Below, piece after piece: positions 53,716 to 64,000 of a stretch of 64,000 bases of DNA (positions are counted from its first letter, which is position 1; the number at the start of each line of letters is the position of its first letter). The notes beneath the pieces were generated by a model, which saw only the letters and a list, made by a program, of their open reading frames with translations, made no database searches and was not told the DNA's origin. Position numbers and translations under genes: made by a program. The stretch is from the NCBI GenBank assembly GCA_050084985.1, contig JBITNC010000002.1:34472001-34536000 (forward strand). The letters are read 5' to 3'. The stretch comes from Nageia nagi (Eukaryota; Plantae; Pinophyta).

Positions 53716-55363
53716 TGTTGATATGAAGGAGCACTTACTCAGACACTATAGGAAGAATTTGGAGGTAGTTGGTGGCTTTGGAGTGAGAAAAATTAGGATA
53801 TTGAATTCACTTGGTTGTCTCCCCCACTCGTTGTAAGTTGCAAGCTATAGAGATGCTATAGGAATTCAACTTCAAAATATCAAGATCTCGATATGTTCTA
53901 AGATTGGGGTCCCAAAATATTAGGATCTCAATATTTTTGACCTTGAATTTTTTACTCCATACTTCCTCTCAAAGTGGACCCAACTTCTTGCTTCCACAAG
54001 ATAGTATTATTTCTAAGTACTAATTGGTTGATCCAAAATAACTAGATGATGGATTAATATTGTTAAGTTCTCATCTAGGTCAACCATATTAAGGTATGGA
54101 AATGAAAGCATTTAATTGAGAGTTTTTAGTGAAATTAAAACAAAGGTTTAAATATGCTAACTAATGAATTATTATACCTCATTACGAGAAAAAATGTGAA
54201 GACTAAATGTATAATGCCAAAATAATTAGAAAGGCACCATGGATTCCACTAATAGGGATAAGAAAGTTTGATGATTTTGTCAAAATAAGAAATTATTACT
54301 TTTATAAGTATTTATTTGAATAGTTAAATAGGAAAAATACTATCTATGGATATAAGTCCAAATGCCATTACTAAATATATTCCAAGGAAGGGATATATTA
54401 TGTTAGTGCTAATATTATATTTAGGGGAAAAAATGGGCAAGGATAAAATTAATATACTTATATATTCGAATAATGGTATGATCTATTTAATACCTTTGAC
54501 ATGAAAATTTGAAAAAGATATTCATAAAAATATCCAAGCCTAAGGAAATTAACATTATTAAGATTATATAAGTCTTTGATTCTACATATTACTAGGAGAG
54601 AATTTCAATTAATAAGTAGAGAGAAATCCATAATAAAGGATTTGGTGATTATCAAAGTAATTGGTTAGCGATTGATAACTCATCCTTCTAGTGATTGAAT
54701 CTGGTAAGTGGCGAATGAAGTATGAATTCAACAACTTAATGACTCCATAACAACTAGTATAATCAAAAATGATTAAGGAAGATAAATATCATGTTAAAGA
54801 AGAGTCACCACCTAATGAGGAAGTTGTCATCCTAAATACAAATTGTCTTACATATTTGTTGAAAGATAAAGCATATAAAAAGATAGAAGCAAATAAAAGA
54901 AAAGGGAGTTTTATTAGGAGATGTATTAGTTACTTAGATGGTACTATAACAATTGCCTAACTTATTAGCATCGTATAATATTACATATTCATACATATGA
55001 TACCTCCACTACTTCAAATCATTAAGTATTCGAGATATCTTAATTTTTACAAAGCTCTTATCCTATCTTTCAAAGCATCTCATTTTCTCATCTATAAGAA
55101 AGGACTCTAATGGATCATTTGCATCATTAGACCAATCAACGAATCCTTTATTGGGAAACATATTCAAATAATGTAATTATTCTTATAGTACCAAAGATTG
55201 CACAAATGTTGCTGATGAAATTGGCTTTGCAGGATATAGGAGAGTAAATAATTCCTTCGAATGAAGCTAACCCTCAAGTGGAAATGGTAAAAGGATGGTA
55301 AAATTTGTATCCTATCCCCTCTCTCTCTCACTTATTTACATATTAATCATTTTTTATTGCACA

Positions 55364-55376
55364 TGGTATCAAGAGC
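55364..55376 (+). mobile_element. tRNA-iMet primer-binding-site-like motif marking the end of a decayed LTR
   Basis: CA-TGGTATCAAGAGC, preceded by a CT-rich tract. No coding region recognised downstream. Confidence 0.45.
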
Positions 55377-57449
55377 TTATTTTGAATTTTATTTAATCTA
55401 GACACCCAAAAGTTTAAATATTAAACATTAATCAAAGCACCAAAACCTATCCATAAATCATTCTATTAATATTTGGATAATCATATAATTGCTCATTAAA
55501 CTTTATTTAAACTCAAATACACATAATTTGAAAAGAAATATGAACGCCACTCCTATACATCATTAACAACATCAAAATAAATTTATTGAACAACACCATA
55601 TATCTAATGATATACAACGAAATGCATTCAAAATAAATTAACATTAAAAGTAATATTAATAGTGACATTACAATCATAAAATAATAAGTGATATGCAATG
55701 AGATGTAATAAATTAACATATTGTCTCGTAGTAGATGAATGATATAGTAATAATGAAAAACTACAATAGTAGAATAGATTATATAATTAGTGTCAAAATT
55801 ATAGTAGGATGCATCAATGTTTATTAAAAAGAATATAGTGATGTATTACAAGGCATTATAGTATATAAATAAAATAAAGTAAGCATATTAAAACATCGAT
55901 CGTCGCACAAATATTTTAGGGTTGACATCCCCCCTAAGCATTCAATATTTTAAAGGGAAAAAAAAAAAGGAGAATGGCACGCATCATCTCCCAAACTTCT
56001 CACTGCCCAGGCTGCACGCAAACAAAAACTAGAAATAAAATGTCCAGAGGAATTTCTGAAACAAACCCTAATAGAACAGAGTTCGATTGTCACAGTCATC
56101 CAAAGTTTTATCAATCATTTATGAGCCAAATCCGATTACGATCATAGAGGAAGGTTTAAGATTACTCCTATTGATAGTGAAGATTACTCCTATTGATAGT
56201 GAAACCTTTGGATTAGTACAAAATCATGGACCTCACTTTATCCTCCACAAATTAAACTTACTATGCAATCCCAACATCCATGGTGGAAGGATTGAAAATT
56301 GTATCAAATACATCCTCATCATGAGGCCATTCGATGCATGATTACCCCTGGACATCCTTAGGCTCCTTGTCCACATCACACTCGAGAGAAGATTCTCAGA
56401 GACCCTTGAGTATACCCAAGAAAGTTCCCTTCTCTTGCGTTGGCCATTTCCCTAACCATAACCACGAAGTTCGAGTTGAAGTCTAATCATGGTGGAGTGA
56501 CCACCAAGGAGATTCATCGTCTATGTGAGGGTAGGGTTGAGATAAAAATGGTATTTTAAAATTCATCATCAAAAATAAATATAAAAAATCTTGATAAATG
56601 TGATCCATTATGAAACCCACTAAACCAAAATTATTATAATTGCTTTTTATTCTATTTTATAAAATATAAATGATATAAAGCATATCCAACTACTCTTAGT
56701 TATTTTCGTTTGTATATTAATTTAGTATTTTTTTAAACAAAAGAAAAGAGGGTGTTAAATGAAAAGGGGGGCAGGATTTGTGGAGGGCCACAAATGCATA
56801 TATTATTCTTATCTTATTGAGATAAGCATGTTGAAGAAGACAAATTGTGGATGGAAAGGCTGCTGAGGGCAGGATAATCTATACATTCTGTACGACTGAT
56901 TCAAACTTAGTATTTTGGATAAAGATGCCTCTAAATGTCCACATGTATATTAATATATTGAATATCTATTTATTAAAAGAGGATATGCCATCATTCAATT
57001 TGCAAAGATTTTGGAGTGATGAACAGACTTTAGATGGTAATTACTGCTTTACAATCAATAATACGCCAATCACGTAATCAGGATGAATTGTTTTTTTTTC
57101 CGGTTTTTGGGGATCAAAGCTGGTCCGATGGCGTAATTGGTACCCCTGATATTTTGATAGTTGGATTTTGAAACGAGTAATCTATCATTCTGATCCCAGT
57201 TTTTTCTTTTTTTTTGTATATTCCTGACATTAATGGTTATGGTTAACTGTCATCTATGTTATTATTGATAGGATATTGTATGGAATTTGTTGATTATCGT
57301 AGAATTAATTAATTATCACAAGGAAATAGTTGATTATTACACAGAAATAGTTGAATATTGTATGAAAATAATTGATTATGGTACGGAAATAGTCAAATTG
57401 TATAGTCAAAAAAATTCTAAGTGTCAGATTTTTTAAAAAAAGTGATTGT

Positions 57450-57505
57450 CAAGATTCGAACGTAGGTTCATGTGTCTTCAATACAATATCCTAACCGTTG
57501 TTGTT
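57450..57505 (-). other. tRNA-like B-box sequence within a small repeat-containing element
   Basis: The minus strand reads CAACAACGGTTAGGATATTG...CCTACGTTCGAATC. It is adjacent to ~21 bp repeats GAAATAGTTGATTAT (57275-57395). Confidence 0.35.
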
Positions 57506-59150
57506 CATCAAAACCACTCTCAAGTGATGATACCAATAGTTTACACACAGATTATTCATGTGAGATAATTATTATTTCTATGCGATAATTAGGGTGCCCC
57601 ATTGATCAATGACAACGTAGGCAACAATTAACTCCAACCAAAACTAATATGCAAAAAAATACGAAAATATAGTGTCATGTTGTTAAAGGAGCAAAAGTTC
57701 CATAACTAGACAACCCCTCTGAATTGATCATATACATTCTATAATCAAATATTAAAGGAATAAATTTATTTATCTTGAGTTATCATCTTATGTATGAATG
57801 TTCATACATAGTTACTTTGTGTATATTACAATTTAAATTAATATCCTTTTAATATTTTTAAAATAGCTGTTAAATTTAAAATTATCTTAAAACTCATTAT
57901 CTTTAACTCTTTTGTTTTAATAATCATTGCATTAACTTTAGATTTATTTGAAGGGATATAAATTATATTTTTCCAAGTTCTTTAGTAAAAATATCTTTTA
58001 TTTGATTTTTTGTCAAAAATATTGTGTGGGTATTCTTGATCAATGATCATTATGTTTGATATGATTATGAATGATAATTTTTTTTTATAATGGGTATTGT
58101 AGAGTTATTAATCTAATAAATAATTTTCAATTTTTGTAGCTACATGTTCATATCTCAAATATGCTAAAATAATCTTTAATCAAACTATTTGACATATTGA
58201 TGATATTAGTATAATATATTTTTCAAAGATAATAAAATAATTAATTACTCTTTTGAATACCAACAAATTTACACTTAATCCAAAACTAAATACATGGCTT
58301 AAAGCACCTTTCCTATCATCAATGGACAGTAGTTAGCCATTATTTACATATCTTAAATCCAAAATTATCAATTGATATATAAAAATATCAAAGTTTTATG
58401 TACCACAAAACCTAGTATTTTTTTAGGTTATAGAATTAAATCTTGCATTCTTGAAAACAAACCTAGAACATACATAGTATAAAGCACTTAAACATATATA
58501 AGAGTGATAATTAAACTTGTATATATTGTACCTATAGTTTTACTACTATAGTCTTACATACTTTTCATATATAAGATAAAAAAAAGACATCATTCAATTA
58601 TTTTATTTCTAAGAAAAGAAAGTAATCCATCAAATATAAATATGTAATTTCAAATTTATTCTTTATTGTATTTTCAAATTTCTTTATTAACATTTTGTTA
58701 GTGCTGGTATAAATTAAATTATCAATGTATAGTAAATAATAAGTAAATCATTAATACTATAAAATTTTACATAGGGTATGGGTTTACTTTCATTCCTACT
58801 AAAACATTTTTTTCTGAAAATATACATCTATTATATTATCTTAGGATTTTAATGCTTTCTTAAATTTGTAAAGAGCTTTCTTTAAAATATAAACCATTTA
58901 TTTTTTTCATGCAATTTTATAATAATATGATTGTCCTATTAATACTTTTTCACTCAAAATTTTATATTCAAAAATGTTGGTTGAGTTGGTTATGTGTTGA
59001 ACTTGCTACAAGCTATGCCCCATGTTCCATTCTCAAGACATACATGCTATGTAATAGCCTATTAATATAATTTACCTTTACCTTTACTTAAATTATACTA
59101 CTAAAACTAAAATAGTTCTAATGATATTCAATCTTTCAACAAAAAATAAA

Positions 59151-62100
59151 AAATTACATTATATATATGCTTAGTTTTTATGAGAAACCTTTAGCTACTA
59201 ATATTTATATATGTATTTTATTTATTATACCTAATTTAATTCATTGACATAACTTTTTACTAGAAGATTAATTAACTCCCACATTTCACTCTTTTATATG
59301 GTATCAATCCTATAATTCATAGCTTTCCATAAGATTTCATTCTTCATTGCATCTTCAAAATATCTTAATTCTACTTAATTTGAAATTGAATAATATTTAA
59401 ACTACTATTGATTATAATATAAAATTTAGCTTAATACCAAAAAGTAGACATAGATAATATACTTGTATCTTTTAAACAAAAATTGAACTTAATACCAAAG
59501 AGTAGAGATAGATAATATACTTGTATCTTTTTATAGTTTTTAAAAGTTCTTATCTGATTTTTAGGTTGAGAATATTTCTAAAAGCTTACCAGCAGATGGA
59601 TCAGTCCACTGATGCTACTTTCTTCACAATTCTAACTCTCAACTTTTGCAATACAGAATCTTTGCAAAAAAAATGTGCCCAAGTGTACATTGATTAAACT
59701 TTTCTTATTAAATAACTTTATATCTCTTTCATCACAACAAACTATGGTGCCAAATATTAAATTTTAAAGAAGAAAAATAAAAAAAAAACATAATATATTT
59801 TGACTAGAAAAAGACACAAAATAACTATCCCTTAAGTATTTAATATTAATTTTATTTATTAATATTATTATTATTGTATATATGTTTAGTTTTTATGAGA
59901 AAATTTTAGCTACTAGTCTTTATATATGTAGTTTATTTTATAGATTTACTTTAATTCATTGACATACTTTTTTACTAGAAGATTAACTCTCACATTTCAT
60001 TATTTTTTCATGGTATCAATCCTATAATTCATAATTTTACATAAGATTACTTTAGTTTATTGATATAGTATTTTACTAGAAGATTACCTAACTCCCACAT
60101 TTCATTATTTTCTATGGTATCAATCTTATAATTTATGATTTTACATAAGATTTAATGCTTCATTACATCTTCAAAATATCTTAATTCTACTTGAATAATA
60201 TTTAAACTACTACTAGCTATATTATAAAATTTAACTTAGTACCAAAGAGTAGAGATAGATAATATAATTGTATTTTTTTGATAATTTTTAATTTTTAAAA
60301 GCTTTTATCCAATTTCTAGGCTGACAACTTTTGTAAAAACTTACCAGTAGATGGATCAATTACTTGATGTACTTTCTTCAAAATTCTAACTCTCAACTTT
60401 TGTAAAATAGGACCATCTACAAAACAAATGTGTTCAAGTTAAAATTGACTAAACTTTGCTTATTGAAAAACTATATATCTCTCTCCTCACAAACAAACTA
60501 TGGAGCTAAACATTAGATTTTAAAGAAAAATAATAATTTGACTTGAAAAAGGCACAAAATAAGTGTTGTTGAACTACCCAATATTAATATTTATTAATTG
60601 ATTGCACCCTACAAACCTAATTGTACTTTATATAGAATTCTAATCTAAAATCTACCAATAAACTCATTTATCTTAAACTATTTTCACATATAATTACTTT
60701 GATAAATAGTATAATTTAATTAACATGCTTTAGTATTATATTTTATTTTTAAAACTCTATTAAATTTAAAATTATCTCAAAATAATTCGAGTCATTTATG
60801 TCTTACAAAATTATATCTTGATGTACACCCAACCATAATGAGCTTCATATTGTCATTCTTAAATATGAATTTTCCTTGTATAAATGGAAATGATAGCTCC
60901 CATTTTGATGAGTAATCCATTAATTAGTGAAGTTTAGGCTTGAAATTTCTCCAACATGTTCTTTCTTCTTTTAAAACCTTTTTAGAGTGCCATCTTGGGT
61001 CTCTTTTTAAGTGAAATCATAAAAATAAAAAAATAAAATTCTATGTATATATTACTTTACATAATCTAGCTTGTGTTAAACTCTACTACTTACATCTACT
61101 TAAGTGTTCAGTTTTCAAGGTCATCTTTCAACTTGAAATCAACTTCACGGTCACATCTATGTAAGGGATAAGCTTTACTTTCCATTTTAGAATATCAGTG
61201 CTTTCAAATTCATTTTCAATATATAGCTTCAAAAAAAAAAAATTGATACCCTTGTTAAGCTCACAATTCTTTCAACATTTTATTTACTACTCCTCATCAT
61301 CTTTGACCTTCTAAAGCAAAGCTACATAGATCTATTAGACTAAAGATTTATCATCGTTACATTTAGGTTATTTGGGTCTTCCCTTCATAAATTTTTAGCC
61401 ATAAACTAGCTTTTTATGCATAGCATTTCTTGCATATCACTGATGGTATAACTTTCATGCCCATGTATCACAAGCACTAATGGTCTCCTAACTAGAGAGG
61501 ACTTGTCAAGTATGAGATTTGGGGATGATATTATTTCTTGTATAGGGAGTTTAGAGGCTCTTTGTCCATATTTTTTTGTTATCCTAACCAATAGATGCCT
61601 AGCAATATTCTTGCGAGAGATCATCCTCTTCAGGTGAGTATCCTTAGAGCAATCCACATATACTCATACCATCAAATTGATCACCTCTTTCTTCTAGCCT
61701 ATGTTAGACCCCACTATTAGAAAATGACCTTCAAACAATACTCTTCATCATAATCATAGTCTCAAGTCAATGCGACATGTCTCACATCTCATATAGGTAC
61801 CACCCACTCACAACTTGGGTGATAGCTATGTATCATGAGTTTTATTTTCTCTGTGAGTGATCCCTCTTCAAGGTTGGGACACTCTTGATAATGTAGTCTT
61901 ATTATTTTGTTTATTTATATCAGTCCTAGGATCCTCAACCCTAGCACTTTTTTTATTTAATAGGATTGTACTATTGAGTTTCATTAACCTATTTTTGGTA
62001 ACTAATAGATATTACAATATATTTTTATTTGTATATCTATAATAAAATAGGTGGAAATATATCATAGCTAAATTCAATGCGAGGAGCTGACGTGGGATGA

Positions 62101-64000
62101 CATGAGGAAAATGAGATATACATGGTAAGTTGCTCAAGCAACCATGAGGATGTTCCCTCTCATTTTAGGATCATTTCATGATGCCATTACACAAGTGGAG
62201 TATGGCGGTTATATCATTTCAAATGGGTAGAAAGTGAGTGATAGGTTAAATGCAGTTTAGACATAAAATTTATGAGATCATGTTATTGTATAGGTTTCAT
62301 GTCCAATTTCTTTTCATCTTGAGACATACACTTGCGCACACATTAATAGTGGAAATTCACATCCCATAGATATATGTTGATCTTCAATAGATGTTAAAAA
62401 CCTTTCCCTTTCCCTTTTCTCTAATCTAAAATCCATTTCCTAATTTATAATTAATGGTTCCCTTCTCAGTTTCATTGGTACAAGTCACTCTACACATATG
62501 AAAGTAGAATTTTTCACATCCCCCTTCAAATTCAAACGAGAGAGGTTTAACAAAAATAGCTTAATGCAGTACACTTATTTACCTTTTGGAGGTGGGCTTT
62601 GGATATGTGCAAGGATTGAGTTTACGATGAAATGAAAGGAAATATTATTAATGTCTATGATGGCCCAAATATGACCTAAGTGAATGAAAAAGTAGTTAAA
62701 TGTTGAATATTTTCTATATTAATTAATTACTTTTATTTTAAAATGAAGCAAATTTTTGCATATAAATGTTCTAAGCCCCTCTTATTGTCTAAGAAAAACT
62801 CAGAACTCTTTAGAATATACTAATTATAGTAGTAATGTTTTGTGGCTAAATATCTTTTAAAGATATAATTATAAATGGTGTAGGCTATCAAGCCTCCAAA
62901 ATTCCCTTGTACTCTAATATATTGTTCCATCGTTATGCATGCATGACCCGACAAGCCATGCTATACGAGTTATATGAACTTAGATTATCCCTCTCTCCAT
63001 GCACTTCATATAACCTTGTATGTGCATGGTTTGTTGGCCCATGCCTATCATGGCATGACATTGCCCCCATGCCCATGTCAAATTAATCAAACGTAGTATA
63101 ATAGGTACTTTGACAATGTTTGAATAACCCTTAGAATATACGAATGCCATAGAGCTCATTCAATTTACAATGTTCAATTAACCTACGTCTCAACTATATT
63201 CAATCATTCGAAGTCTTAACATGGTTCGATTAATCAAGATCTAATTAGTGTTTGATTACATATGTATCAACAAACTCAAGATATAGATGATGTGCAATAG
63301 TGACGTACAGGCTAAGCATCATATGATTAACCCAAATATCGATGAAATTCAATTAATCCAAAGAATAATTATGTTTTATTAACTTCTATTTTCACGAGTT
63401 CACCACCCTGAATGCAATTTGAATATCTATCTCACATATCAAGGATTTCATTAATGGCCTAGGCTAATCGAATTGTATTTAGAGGTTTATACATTGGTCG
63501 AGTAACCCATATGTTATATCACCTTACCTCCATTTTGAATATTGCCAACCACCATACATGCATCCATTAATATGATTATTAATCGAATGTTATTTAGATG
63601 TTTATACACATTTGGATTAACCCCTAACCCATACAGTTTAGTACGTGTGAAGGATTACTAGGTTAATCGAACTTTATTTAGCCTGATAGATGAAGATGGA
63701 TTAACCCCCTTTAAATTTATGAAAATATGGTCATTCTCTTTCACATTGTTGTGTGCATGTTGGGATGTTGATGTTGAAAGGAGCTCTTGAACTTCATTTT
63801 GCATTCCATAAGTATCTACATGTCCTTAGGTTTTTTGCATACAAATTTTTATTTATTCTTCAACTTGCACTCCATGAAATTTTGCATGCATATTGCAGTT
63901 TTTAAAAAAATTCCTATGTCTTTTCTACGCTTCTACATTTTTTCATATCCTATGATAATTGCATTCCATGAGATTGCATTTCGATGAGGCATTTTATCAA
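59151..64000 (+). repeat. Duplicate copy: block B' (59151-62695) fused to block A' (62692-64000+)
   Basis: Collinear with 31245-34791, then immediately with 25309-26550. The junction shares GTAG. Confidence 0.95.
62045..62680 (+). pseudogene. Second copy of the CYP716/725-like P450 pseudogene fragment
   Basis: Reads EELTWDDMRKMRYTW*VAQATMRMFPLILGSFHDAITQVEYGGYIISNG*K, then intron 62234-62469, then YTYLPFGGGLWICARIEF. Confidence 0.88.

Larger units (their letters stand above)
41140..53996 (+). mobile_element. ~12.9 kb TIR DNA transposon (Sola2-like) with two convergent genes and nested insertions
   Basis: Left end GGGTGTAAGAAGTTGGGTCCATTTTAAG (from 41140) matches the reverse complement of the right end, GGAAGCAAGAAGTTGGGTCCACTTTGAG (to ~53995). 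Palindromic ATATCAAGATCTTGATAT-type motifs occur x3 at 42022-42106 and x3 at 53877-53934. A transposase lies inside. The TSD is not resolved. Confidence 0.75.

Noticed and set aside
41140-53996. CACTA/EnSpm or Mutator assignment for the large transposon
   Set aside because: There are no CACTA termini or long Mutator TIRs with a 9 bp TSD, and the transposase motifs do not fit those families.
48740-55380. Endogenous caulimovirid suggested by AT-rich pseudo-coding DNA and the tRNA-Met site at 55364
   Set aside because: No movement-protein, RT or RNase H motifs were recognised, and the readable part translates as an L1 LINE.
61857-62042. TLDNVVLLF...SSTLAL as the I-helix exon of the P450 pseudogene
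   Set aside because: The position is plausible, but the AGxDT core is unrecognisable, so it was not included in the call.

Overview
AT-rich, intron-containing plant nuclear DNA. The repeat landscape resembles a gymnosperm/conifer genome, which is an inference from repeat and gene-family style. Only one gene looks intact: an 8-exon MATE/DTX transporter (37607-40444, +, 488 aa). Around it are gene remnants: an aldo-keto reductase 3' fragment with a stop codon, a MATE exon 3-4 fragment, a PPR-E-DYW fragment and two copies of a CYP85-clan (CYP716/725-like) P450 3' fragment. There are also many decayed Ty1/copia, LINE and SINE-like pieces. Three structures stand out. (1) A ~12.9 kb TIR-bounded DNA transposon (41140-53996) carries a spliced Sola2-like transposase and a second, convergent, unrecognised gene, with palindromic subterminal motifs and telomere-like repeats in its intron. 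(2) The ~9.5 kb segment 25309-34791 recurs at 59151-64000+ in circularly permuted order, and both of its ends map to one GTAG, which suggests duplication through a circular DNA intermediate. (3) Two copia copies have an LTR flanked by both a PPT and a PBS. All translations and alignments were done by eye, and no database searches were run.
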